This document shows positions 17,035-25,600 of a stretch of DNA of 35,950 nt, piece by piece (the stretch's first letter is position 1; every line of letters starts with the position of its first letter). The stretch is from Planctomycetota bacterium. GTDB lineage: Bacteria > Planctomycetota > UBA11346. A model generated the notes under the pieces. That model saw nothing but the letters and a program-made list of their open reading frames with translations, did not search any database and had not been told where the DNA came from. The stretch lies in assembly GCA_038213805.1 (NCBI GenBank), contig JBBQSO010000054.1:1-35950 (forward strand). The letters run 5' to 3'. Position numbers and translations under genes: made by a program.

Positions 17035-17877
17035 ATGCGAGTAGCCGTCTTTGTCAAAGCCACCCCGTCCTCGGAAAATGGCACCATGCCCAGCGAGCAC
17101 ATGCTCGCGGAGATGGGCCGCTACAACGAAACCCTGGTCAAGGCGGGCATCATGGAGGATGGCGTCGGTCTCCACCCCTCCGCCAAGGGCGTGCGGATAC
17201 GCTTCCGCGGTACGGAACGCACCGTCGTCAACGGCCCGTTTGCAGAGACCAGGGAACTGGTGGCGGGCTACTGGCGATGGAAAGTGCGCTCGCTCGAAGA
17301 AGCGATCGAGTGGCTGAAGAAATGCCCGAATCCGATGCCCGAAGAATCCGAGATCGAAATCCGTCCGCTCTTCGAGGCCGAGGATTTCGGGGCGGCGCTG
17401 ACGCCAGAGCTGCGTCAGCAGGAGGACCGGCTCGAAGTCGAGCTGGCCATGGGCAAGGCGACTGCGCAGCACTACCTGTTCTTCGCCGGCCGCTGCGAAG
17501 AAGCGTTGGAATTCTACCGCTCAGCGCTGCACGCCCGGGTGGGTATGGTCATGCGCTTCAGTGACAGCCCTGAGCAGCTGCCCGCGGGCATGCTCAAAGC
17601 CGGCTTCGAGCACAAGGTGATGCACGCCGAGTTCACCATCGGCGGTACGACCCTGATGGGGTCGGATGGCTGCGGCGAGCCGACGAAGTTCGATGGCTTC
17701 CGCATCGCGCTCACCGTTCCCACCGCCGCGCTAGCCGATGCCGCCTTCCAAGCCTTGGCCAATGGCGGCCGAGTCGACATGCCGCTGGCCAAGACCTTTT
17801 GGTCACCGCGCTATGGCATGGTCACCGATAAATTCGGCATCGGCTGGATGGTGATGGTCCCTGGCCAGAAACCGTGA
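17035..17877 (+). CDS. YciI/DGPF domain fused to a PhnB/VOC (glyoxalase-like) domain
   Basis: N half: GLHPS..G.R, NGPFAETRELVAGYW, EIEIRP. C half: YLFFAGRCEEALEFY, KVMHAEF.IG, L..TFW..RYGMV.DKFGI.WMV. Confidence 0.9.
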   Translation: MRVAVFVKATPSSENGTMPSEHMLAEMGRYNETLVKAGIMEDGVGLHPSAKGVRIRFRGTERTVVNGPFAETRELVAGYWRWKVRSLEEAIEWLKKCPNPMPEESEIEIRPLFEAEDFGAALTPELRQQEDRLEVELAMGKATAQHYLFFAGRCEEALEFYRSALHARVGMVMRFSDSPEQLPAGMLKAGFEHKVMHAEFTIGGTTLMGSDGCGEPTKFDGFRIALTVPTAALADAAFQALANGGRVDMPLAKTFWSPRYGMVTDKFGIGWMVMVPGQKP

Positions 17878-18104
17878 TGCAAGGCCGCTACCCGACCTGT
17901 GCGATCGATCAGGCACCGACCCGTGCCCGCCATCACAGGGAAATGACATGACGAGGCGCAGTTTGCGGGTCGGATCGCCAACCACGTACAAACCCCGGAT
18001 GCAGGTAGGCGTACGGGATTCGACTGTGGCCGCACGCTGCACATCGGCGACCGGACGTCCGCCCTTCCATACGCCAGGGCGTCAGGCTGGTAGCGCTGCA
18101 TCGC

Positions 18105-18140
18105 TCGGTCGACCACATCGGTCGACCCCATCGGTCGACC
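18105..18140. repeat. Three direct repeats of TCGGTCGACC with a 13-bp period
   Basis: Copies at 18105, 18118 and 18131; each contains the palindrome GGTCGACC; TTGACA follows immediately. Confidence 0.7.
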
Positions 18141-18181
18141 TTGACACCTAACCACGCATCGAGTTGCAGAAAGCAGCCGTT

Positions 18182-18589
18182 ATGACATCCAAGACCTCAC
18201 GCATGGCCGGCTGGATCCTGACTGGCCTGGTCGGCCTCTTTCTCATTGCCGGCAGTGGCATTCCGAAATTCATCGATTGGCCTGGAAAAACCGCAATGAT
18301 GAACCATCTCGCCCTGCCGCTCGAATTGGTGCCGGTGATCGGAGCGATCGAGATCGCGGTGACGCTGCTCTACCTCATGCCGCGCACTGCATTTCTCGGC
18401 GCGATCCTCCTAACAGGGTACCTTGGCGGCGCGCTCCTCACCCATCTGCGGATTGGCGATCCCTGGTTCTTCCCCCTCATTGTCGGAGTCTTGGCGTGGG
18501 CAGGACTCGCCCTGCGACGGCCGCTGGTGTTCCAGCTCGCCCTTGGCGCAGACCACGACACAACCCGCCACCACGCAGGCCAGCCATGA
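18182..18589 (+). CDS. DoxX family membrane protein
   Basis: Four hydrophobic segments; IG.IE....LYL.PRTA.LGAILLTGYLGGA..THLR.G. Confidence 0.88.
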   Translation: MTSKTSRMAGWILTGLVGLFLIAGSGIPKFIDWPGKTAMMNHLALPLELVPVIGAIEIAVTLLYLMPRTAFLGAILLTGYLGGALLTHLRIGDPWFFPLIVGVLAWAGLALRRPLVFQLALGADHDTTRHHAGQP

Positions 18590-19350
18590 ACTATCTGCTG
18601 CTCGCTTACAGCCCGGAGAGCGCGTGGACCCGCGAGGAGTGGCTCGCCTGCACGGTCGCCTCCGGTCTCGTGTGCAGCGACCTGCAAGCGCAGGGCGCCT
18701 TCATCGCCGCAGCGCCGTTGCACCCGGTCGCGACCGCAGCCAGCGTCCGTGTCCGCAACGGCGCGTCCGTGATCACGGTGGGTCCGTTCGCAGAGACCAC
18801 TGAACAGCTCGGTGGCTTCTTCCTCATCGACGTGCCCAGCCTCGATGCAGCCATCGCCGTCGCCGCGCGGCTGCCATCGGCGCACAAAGGCACCATCGAG
18901 ATCCGTCCCGTCCACCATTTGGACGATGTGCCGAGCGACCGCTTCGCCGCGCCCCTGCCGAATCCGGCGGAACGCACCCGCTACATGCTGCTGTGCTACG
19001 ACGACGAGCGGGCCTGGCAGGATGCCGGGCCCGCGGCGCTCCGTTCCGCCCAGGCCGAGGCGGTCGCATTGACGCGACAGCTGGCAGCGCGCGGCCAGTA
19101 CGTGGCCGCCTCACCGCTTCATCCCATAGCGACCGCCACCAGCGTGCGGATTCGCCACGGCAAGCGACTCATCACCGATGGCCCATTCGCCGAAACCCGC
19201 GAAGTCCTTGGCGGCTACTACCTGATCGACGCCCGCGACCTCAACGACGCCATTGCCATCGCCGCCCTCCACCCTGGAGCAACCCTCGGCACGGTCGAAG
19301 TGCGGCCAGTGGTCAACCTGGCATCCCTCCCAGATCGGAACATGGCCTGA
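18586..19350 (+). CDS. Tandem double YciI/DGPF-domain protein
   Basis: Two units: PLHP.ATA.SVR...GPFAETTEQLGGFF...EIRP and ...DGPFAETREVLGGYY...EVRP. ATGA overlap with DoxX. Confidence 0.9.
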   Translation: MNYLLLAYSPESAWTREEWLACTVASGLVCSDLQAQGAFIAAAPLHPVATAASVRVRNGASVITVGPFAETTEQLGGFFLIDVPSLDAAIAVAARLPSAHKGTIEIRPVHHLDDVPSDRFAAPLPNPAERTRYMLLCYDDERAWQDAGPAALRSAQAEAVALTRQLAARGQYVAASPLHPIATATSVRIRHGKRLITDGPFAETREVLGGYYLIDARDLNDAIAIAALHPGATLGTVEVRPVVNLASLPDRNMA

Positions 19351-19642
19351 TGGCATCATCCCTGCCGTGGAGTTTGCAGTCGATGCTGGCGTTAGACACC
19401 TCGTCCGTGACGCGCAGCTTACAATCGCGCCCGTGTTGCATGGATCAGGAGAACCGCTGACCTCAGCTTCGGATAAGCCTACGTCCGGAACCAACCCATG
19501 GCGTGCCGACGCAGCCGGACGCATGAAACGAAAACTTGTGATACGCTGGGCGAAACCCACCGCCCAACGCCCCGCCATTGCGCAGGTCAGGGCGACCGCC
19601 GAGCCAAGTAGCGGGGGCCTCGGGTGAAACACATGACGAAAA

Positions 19643-19720
19643 TGGTCGGACCGACAGGATTTGAACCTGCGACTTCTGCGTCCCAAACGCAGCGCTCTAG
19701 CCAAGCTGAGCTACGGTCCG
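19643..19720 (-). tRNA. tRNA-Pro (anticodon TGG), CCA encoded
   Basis: CGGACCG TA GCTC AGCTTGGCTA GAGC G CTGCG TTTGGGA CGCAG AAGTC GCAGG TTCAAAT CCTGT CGGTCCG A CCA folds into a full cloverleaf. Confidence 0.97.
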
Positions 19721-19823
19721 CCGTGGTGGACGGGATCGTGAGCGGATCCGAGCCCGCGTCCAGCCCCGACGTGCGCATCCGGAGCGGGCCCAGGTCGAGT
19801 GACGCAGTCGCCGCGGGCGGCGG

Positions 19824-21638
19824 TCAGCGCCCCGGCGCGAAGCGGTAGTTGAACCGTCCGTTCGGCGCCACGTCGCCATGGGTGAGGCAGTCCATGATTT
19901 CGCCGCTGCCGGTGGCGTTATCGCACCATTTGAAGTCCAAGGCGGGGGCCGCCTCCCCCTCTGATATGCCGAGCAGCGCGCGCGGGACCCCGACCACGAG
20001 CTGATCGCCCAGCACGCTCAGCGGCGCCTCGCCGATCGCCTGCCACACCCAGCCGGGTCCGCGGCAGCGCTCGACGATGGCGGTCTTCCCACCGCGGTTG
20101 AGGCGGTTGATGGCGTAGTCGTAGCCCTCCCAGCCGGTGGCGTGGTCGCGGTCGGCATCGATCAGCAGGGTCATCCAGTCGTGCTCCGGCGCGGCACTGA
20201 TGGGCGACGCGGTGCGCACCTGGAACCACACCCGCGTGCGGTCGTAGGCGACCTTGCAGGCGATCAGGTCATTGCGGCCGGTGTCGTCCGCGTAGCGCTG
20301 GACGTGATTGTAACCGACATGGTCGCGGTGCGCGACATCGCCCAGGTCGTCGCGGAATTCCGGCTGCACGTCCGCCCACGCCGCCGGCCCCGCCGCGATG
20401 TCGATGGTATGCGGTGGGCCGGCCACCGGCGCCGGACGGATGCCCTTGAAGCGGCGCACCTCCGCGACCAGTTGATAGTAGTAGGCGTCACCGTGCCCAC
20501 CGCGCATCGGCTCCAGGTCGCGGCTGTGCTCAAGGTCGAATTCGTCGACGAACACATTGGGCGCCCGGAAGCCGTTGAACTCGGGCAGGCGCGAGGCGAT
20601 CCACTCGTTCCAGCCGGTGATGAACACCGCCTGCGGAGCGAGTTCACGTGCGCGCTGCCACTGCTCGGCAAAGTTGAGGCCGAGGGGCTCTGCCTGCGGC
20701 CGCGGGTCGACCGCCCCGTCGTGGAAGCTGCGCCCCTGGGAACCCGGCTGACTCATCGAACCCAGCCGGCCGGCCACCGCGTTCTGCGCGACCCCGACCG
20801 TGACCTCTTCGGTGACGCCGGCGGCGTCGCGGAAGGGATGCTGGGGGTGCGACTCGAGCCATCCCCACTGGTCGGGCTTGGACGGGCCGTGGAAATAGTC
20901 CGGCTGGGTGGCACGGAAGGTGAAGCGTTCGCGCAGCGCCTGCATGCGCTCCGAGGGGAAGGGCAGGTGCGCTGGATCGACCAGCAGCAGCGGCTTGCCG
21001 CGCCACGCAAACCACAACTCGGGATGCAGCCGCGGCTCGTAAATGTCGGTGAGCAGTTGCTCGACCACCGGCACCACCGGCGGTCCGCCGAACGGGCAGA
21101 GGAAGCAGATCTGCGGCGTCCTGCCCCCCTGCGCGCGCACCGCGGCGAAGGTCTCGATCAGCGCCTTGGCCGCGCCCGGATAGGTCGGTCCGTTGGTGAC
21201 GTCGAAGACCAGGGCGTCGACACCCGCATCGGCGAGCATCTGCGCGTGCTTGCGCAGCACCCACGGATCGTCGCTGGAATAATAGCCGAACAGCGGCTCG
21301 CCCCAGTGGTGGTAGGTGTTCGGCGGTCCCCACGGCGGGCTGCCGGCCGCGGTCATCGCACCCGGGGCGCCGGCCAGGATGCGGGTGTTGTCAAAAGGGC
21401 CCTCGCCGACTGCGTTGTGAGCTCCCAGCCAGAGGAAATAGAACATCAGCACCGAGCGCTCGCGCGGTGCGCCCACGGTAGCAGCGTCGGGCAGGCTGCG
21501 CCCCAGCGCGTCGGTGGCGACCCAGGTGTCGGGCGCGGTATCACGCTCTGCGGCGCCGAGCGGGGTGCCGCCGAGGGCGAGCATTAAGGCGAGGGCGGCG
21601 GTCAGGGGTGCAACCGCGCGGATCGGGACGAGGGACAT
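19824..21638 (-). CDS. Secreted GH99/GH71-like glycoside hydrolase with a C-terminal beta-sandwich domain
   Basis: Signal peptide; TWVATDALGR, MFYFLW, HHWGEPLFGYY.SDD.WV.RKHA.ML.DAGVD, ITGWNEW, FVD.F..E.SRD.EP. GGAGG RBS. Confidence 0.75.
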   Translation of the reverse strand: MSLVPIRAVAPLTAALALMLALGGTPLGAAERDTAPDTWVATDALGRSLPDAATVGAPRERSVLMFYFLWLGAHNAVGEGPFDNTRILAGAPGAMTAAGSPPWGPPNTYHHWGEPLFGYYSSDDPWVLRKHAQMLADAGVDALVFDVTNGPTYPGAAKALIETFAAVRAQGGRTPQICFLCPFGGPPVVPVVEQLLTDIYEPRLHPELWFAWRGKPLLLVDPAHLPFPSERMQALRERFTFRATQPDYFHGPSKPDQWGWLESHPQHPFRDAAGVTEEVTVGVAQNAVAGRLGSMSQPGSQGRSFHDGAVDPRPQAEPLGLNFAEQWQRARELAPQAVFITGWNEWIASRLPEFNGFRAPNVFVDEFDLEHSRDLEPMRGGHGDAYYYQLVAEVRRFKGIRPAPVAGPPHTIDIAAGPAAWADVQPEFRDDLGDVAHRDHVGYNHVQRYADDTGRNDLIACKVAYDRTRVWFQVRTASPISAAPEHDWMTLLIDADRDHATGWEGYDYAINRLNRGGKTAIVERCRGPGWVWQAIGEAPLSVLGDQLVVGVPRALLGISEGEAAPALDFKWCDNATGSGEIMDCLTHGDVAPNGRFNYRFAPGR

Positions 21639-21822
21639 GCATCCTCCTGCGGGGCGACCGCAGGATGCTTGTACCGGTGGCGGCAGCGTTCATTTCCTGG
21701 TCACTTGGCCGCATACACGTACCGATCGGTGAGTTCGGACACGCGGGATGGACGTGGCCCGGGCTGCGGTTAAATCTCATTACTACATGCAGCACAGTGA
21801 TTTGAAAGAGTTCGATTAGCCC

Positions 21823-21849
21823 TGAACCTCCCGTCTGCAGCCACGTTAA
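21823..21849 (+). promoter_or_regulatory. ECF-type autoregulatory promoter (tGAAC-N16-CGTTAA)
   Basis: GAAC at 21824-21827 and CGTT at 21844-21847 give the classical AAC-N16-CGT spacing, just upstream of the sigma ATG at 21861. Confidence 0.55.
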
Positions 21850-21860
21850 CCCCCATCGCA

Positions 21861-22502
21861 ATGACCGCCGCCCTGCCTATTGTTCCCGACCCGGAGACCC
21901 TCCCCTCCGCCCCGCAAGGCATGAGCGACAACGACCACCGGCTGATGGAGCGCATCCGCGACGGCGGCGACGACGTGCAGGCCGCGATGGTCGAGCTGGT
22001 CGAGCGCTTTCAGAACGAGCTCGTCGGCTTCTTCTACCATCTCTGCTGGGACCAGCTGGTCGCCGAGGAGCTGGTCCAGGACGTCTTCGTCAACGTCTTC
22101 CGCTCGCGCGCGCGCTACCAACCGACCGCCAAGGTGCGCACCTTCCTCTACCGCATCGCGCACAACCTGTGGATCGACCACATCCGCCGGCGCAAGCACC
22201 ACCTCAGCCTCGACGCCGAGATGGGTGAGCGGTCGCTGCGCCTGATGGATGTGCTGCGCGCCCCCGGCGACGGCGATCCAGAGAACGCCAACCGCGACGC
22301 GACCGTGCGGACGCGCATCCAGGACGCCGTCGACGCGCTGCCCGAGGGCCAGCGCGAGGTGTTCGTGCTGGCCAACAACCACGGCATGAAATACCAGGAG
22401 ATCGGCGAGGTCCTCGGCATTCCCGAAGGCACCGTCAAGAGCCGCATGCACAACGCCGTGCGCTGCCTGCGCGACGACCTCCAGGACCTGCTTGAGTCAT
22501 GA
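21861..22502 (+). CDS. ECF sigma-70 factor
   Basis: AEELVQDVF, TFLYRIAHNLWID..R, LPE.QREVFVL....GMKYQEI.EVLGIPEGTVKSRMH. Alternative start at 21921. Confidence 0.93.
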   Translation: MTAALPIVPDPETLPSAPQGMSDNDHRLMERIRDGGDDVQAAMVELVERFQNELVGFFYHLCWDQLVAEELVQDVFVNVFRSRARYQPTAKVRTFLYRIAHNLWIDHIRRRKHHLSLDAEMGERSLRLMDVLRAPGDGDPENANRDATVRTRIQDAVDALPEGQREVFVLANNHGMKYQEIGEVLGIPEGTVKSRMHNAVRCLRDDLQDLLES

Positions 22503-24151
22503 GCACCGACTCCGATCCCCTGCTGCGCGCCGTCGCCGACGAGGACCCGGCCTGCCCCGACGGGCGGGTGCTGGTCGCGCTCGGCCGGCTGATCCGCGGC
22601 AACAGCAAGCCGGTGCGCAGCGTCGACCTCAGCGCCGACGTGCTCGGCCGCCTGCAGAGCCTGGCCAGCGACGACGCCGGCAGCATCGACGCATGTTACG
22701 ATCGCGGCGAGTCCGCCGTTGGTGCGCTTGCGCGCCTCGGCGAGCTGACCCGCGCCGCGGCCATGCCGCCGCGCCCAATCGATCTCGCGCCGCTGGTGCT
22801 GCGCCGCATCGCCCACGACCGCGAGCACACCGACGTCGCCGCCGCGCTCGACGGGCGCAGCCGCTGGCGCATCTGGAGCGCGGTGGTCGCCGGCCACCTC
22901 GCCGCCGTGCTCGCCTTCGCCATCTTCCAGGTCGGCGGCGGCCTGGGCGCGGGCGGCCGCGCGCCATCGGGTGCGCCCGGCGACCACGCCGTCGGCCAGG
23001 CTGCCGCGGACGCGCACGACGCGACCGGCGGCACGCCGGACGGCACCGGCCCCACCGACCGCTTCGCGAACGGCGGCGGCGCGGGCGAATCGCCTGGCAA
23101 GAGCCTCGACGACCGCAGCCTGCCGCTGCCGCCGCGCCTGCCCGCGATGTGGTCGGACATCCGCAGCCAGGGTGGCGACCTCTTCCTGCTGCGCCGCTTC
23201 CCCGCGCTGCGCCAGGCCGCGCGCGGTTTCTACCACATGGAGGACTCCGCGCAGGCGGTCGCCGACGGCCTCGCCTGGCTGCAGACCCGCCAGGACGCCG
23301 AGACCGGGTTCTTCGGCCATCCCAGCGGCGACGCCGAGCGCGACCTGGCGAGCCAGAGCCTGGCCGTGCTCGCCCTGCTCGGCGAGGGCTTCGGCGACCG
23401 CGTGCGCACCGCCGCGGCGCGCCGCGGTCTCGATTGGCTGGGCAATGAGATGGCCGCCCGCAACGCTCCCGCCGCCAATGCGGGGGACGCCGGCGCGCAA
23501 CCCGCGCCGCTGATCGGTGGCAACCCCATCACCGCCGGTCTCGCCTGCCTGGCGCTGGTCGAGGGCGGCCTGCTGCTCGGCGACCCCGACCTGCGCATCC
23601 AGGCCGAACAGGCGATGGCTGCGCTGGACCGCGGCGAGCCCCTCCAGCCCGGTGCCGCCGGCCTGGGTGGCTTCACCCTGCTCGCCCTTGAGACTGCGCA
23701 GCAGGGCGGGCTGTACGTGCCCGGCCGCCTCCTGCAGCAGGCGCGGCGCACGCTGGGCCGCAGCCTGCCCGCGCAGGACGACGACCTCGGCCGCCTCGGC
23801 CTGTCCGCTTTCGCGCGCCTCATCTACGGCCGCCGCGGCGACACCGCGACCGTGCACCAGATCGAGCACCTCGACCAGCAGCCGCCGCTGCGCGACGCCA
23901 ACGGCCGCGCCGATCCCCTGACCTGGTTGTTCGCCTCGCTCGCCATGCGCGAAGCCGGCGGCGACGCCTGGAAGCACTGGTCGGCCGCGCTCCAGGCCAA
24001 TCTGCTGCCGATGTTCACTGGCGAGGGCGCCAAGCGTCACGTCGACCCGCGCCAGGTGCGCCACCTCGACCAGGGCAGCGAGGTCTTCGCCACCGCGGTG
24101 ACGCTGCTGAACCTGCAGGTCGCGTACCGGTACCTGCCGCTCGCGCCGTAG
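22499..24151 (+). CDS. Putative anti-sigma factor with a C-terminal prenyltransferase/squalene-cyclase-like alpha/alpha toroid
   Basis: ATGA overlap with the sigma gene; TM segment WSAVVAGHLAAVLAFAIF; AVADGLAWLQTRQD, ARRGLDWL, WKHW..AL...L, VFATAVTLLNLQVAYRYLPL. Confidence 0.65.
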   Translation: MSTDSDPLLRAVADEDPACPDGRVLVALGRLIRGNSKPVRSVDLSADVLGRLQSLASDDAGSIDACYDRGESAVGALARLGELTRAAAMPPRPIDLAPLVLRRIAHDREHTDVAAALDGRSRWRIWSAVVAGHLAAVLAFAIFQVGGGLGAGGRAPSGAPGDHAVGQAAADAHDATGGTPDGTGPTDRFANGGGAGESPGKSLDDRSLPLPPRLPAMWSDIRSQGGDLFLLRRFPALRQAARGFYHMEDSAQAVADGLAWLQTRQDAETGFFGHPSGDAERDLASQSLAVLALLGEGFGDRVRTAAARRGLDWLGNEMAARNAPAANAGDAGAQPAPLIGGNPITAGLACLALVEGGLLLGDPDLRIQAEQAMAALDRGEPLQPGAAGLGGFTLLALETAQQGGLYVPGRLLQQARRTLGRSLPAQDDDLGRLGLSAFARLIYGRRGDTATVHQIEHLDQQPPLRDANGRADPLTWLFASLAMREAGGDAWKHWSAALQANLLPMFTGEGAKRHVDPRQVRHLDQGSEVFATAVTLLNLQVAYRYLPLAP

Positions 24152-24195
24152 GGCCTTCCCATTGCACCCGGCCCTCTGCGCGGCAGCGTGCCCGC

Positions 24196-24990
24196 ATGGA
24201 CCTGCCCCCTGAACTCGCTGTCGGCACCCTGACCATCGTCCGCGATCTCGCGCGCGAGGTCGGTGAGCGCATGGTCGCGCTCGCGGGCAGCCTGCGCAGT
24301 GCCAGCGCCAAGGGCGCGGTCGACGTGGTCACCGAGGCCGACCGCTACAGCGAACAGGCACTGTGCAGCGCGCTGGCGCGGCACTTTCCTTCGCACCGCA
24401 TCGCCGGCGAAGAGGGCACCCGGATCGGCCCGGCGGACAGCCCGTGGACCTGGCACATCGATCCGCTTGACGGCACCGCGAACTACGCGCGCGGCATTCC
24501 CTACTGGTCGCTGAGCATCGGCCTCGCCCACCACGATCGCCCGGTCCTGGGCGTGGTGCATGGCCCGCTCTGCGGCATCACGGTCAGCGGTGGCGCCGGG
24601 CTCGGCGCCTGGTCCGGCGATCTGCCCCTCCCACCAGCGACCCCCGCAGGCGAGGAGCGCACCTGGATCGTCGCCACCGACTGGCCGTGGGATCTCGCCG
24701 AGCGTGAGCGTAGCGTGCGCCTGCTCGCGCGCCTGGCGCCGCGCATCCGCCAATACAAGACCTTCGGCTCGGCCGCGCTCGACCTCGCCAACCTCGCGCT
24801 CGGCCACCTCGACGCCTACGCCATCCCCAAGATCTTCCCGTGGGACCAGGCGGCCGGAGCCGCGATCGCCGCCGCGCTCGGCTACGAACTGCGCACCTGG
24901 AGCGGCGCCCCCTGGGACCTCGCCCACAACGATATCGTCGCCTGCCGGCCGGGGATGTGGCCAGTGCTGGAGATGGCGACGGCGCCGTAG
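24196..24990 (+). CDS. suhB: Inositol monophosphatase family protein
   Basis: DVVTEAD..SE, GEE, W.IDPLDGT.NY, GSAALDLA, PWD.AAG. Confidence 0.88.
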   Translation: MDLPPELAVGTLTIVRDLAREVGERMVALAGSLRSASAKGAVDVVTEADRYSEQALCSALARHFPSHRIAGEEGTRIGPADSPWTWHIDPLDGTANYARGIPYWSLSIGLAHHDRPVLGVVHGPLCGITVSGGAGLGAWSGDLPLPPATPAGEERTWIVATDWPWDLAERERSVRLLARLAPRIRQYKTFGSAALDLANLALGHLDAYAIPKIFPWDQAAGAAIAAALGYELRTWSGAPWDLAHNDIVACRPGMWPVLEMATAP

Positions 24991-25024
24991 AGGTGCGAGG
25001 AACGGCCGGACGGACGCACGGGCG

Positions 25025-25600
25025 TCACCTCGGCATCAGCATGAGTTCGAGCAGGATGATGAGCGTGAGCAGCGCGGCCGAACCCACGACCTGCCCCGCC
25101 GCAATCCGCTCCCCGCCATTTCCCATCCCGAATGCCGGCCCCAATCCATGCCACGAGCGCAGCCCAGCCAACAGCATGGGCAGCCCGACCACGACCAGCA
25201 CCCACACCGGCGTGCCCAGGCCGATCAGGTCACCGGCATCGCCATCGCCGCTGCACGCGCCCGCCACCAGGTAGGCGCCATTCGCGACCAGGCAGAAGCC
25301 GGCGAAGAAGCGCGGCTGATGCGCCGCCGGCAGACATGCAAGGTGCCAGCCCAGCACCAGCGCCCATGGCAGCAGGGCGCCGAGCAGCGGACCGCCCCAG
25401 ATCTCGTACAGCGGGTGGGGGTTGTCGCGCATCTCGGTGCGCGACAACGCGAGCGGCCCCAGCACCACGCGCTCGACCGTGCCGCCGGTCGCCCACCCGG
25501 CCAGAACGTGGCCGAGTTCGTGCACCACCATCATCGCCAACCAGCAGGCCGGCAGAAAGGTGCCGATGAGCAGCGGCTGCCGCCAGCGTCCGACGCTCAC
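25025..25600 (-). CDS. M50-family membrane zinc metallopeptidase
   Basis: VVHELGH (HExxH), WGGPL.G, FFAGFCL.ANGAY, GDAGD. GTGA overlap with the mutY stop. Confidence 0.8.
   Translation of the reverse strand: MSVGRWRQPLLIGTFLPACWLAMMVVHELGHVLAGWATGGTVERVVLGPLALSRTEMRDNPHPLYEIWGGPLLGALLPWALVLGWHLACLPAAHQPRFFAGFCLVANGAYLVAGACSGDGDAGDLIGLGTPVWVLVVVGLPMLLAGLRSWHGLGPAFGMGNGGERIAAGQVVGSAALLTLIILLELMLMPR

Noticed and set aside
18105..18140. Short direct repeats as a CRISPR array
   Set aside because: 10-bp repeats with 3-bp gaps and no cas genes; no CRISPR array was seen anywhere in the window.
18146..18185. ACCTAAC...GTTATGA as an attC site
   Set aside because: Only about 40 nt, R' is not GTTRRRY, and there are no L-box stems.
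19345..19397. Hairpin ending in GTTAGAC as an attC site
   Set aside because: The left box is GCCTGAT, not RYYYAAC; pairing depends on G-U wobbles, so it is more likely an mRNA 3' stem.
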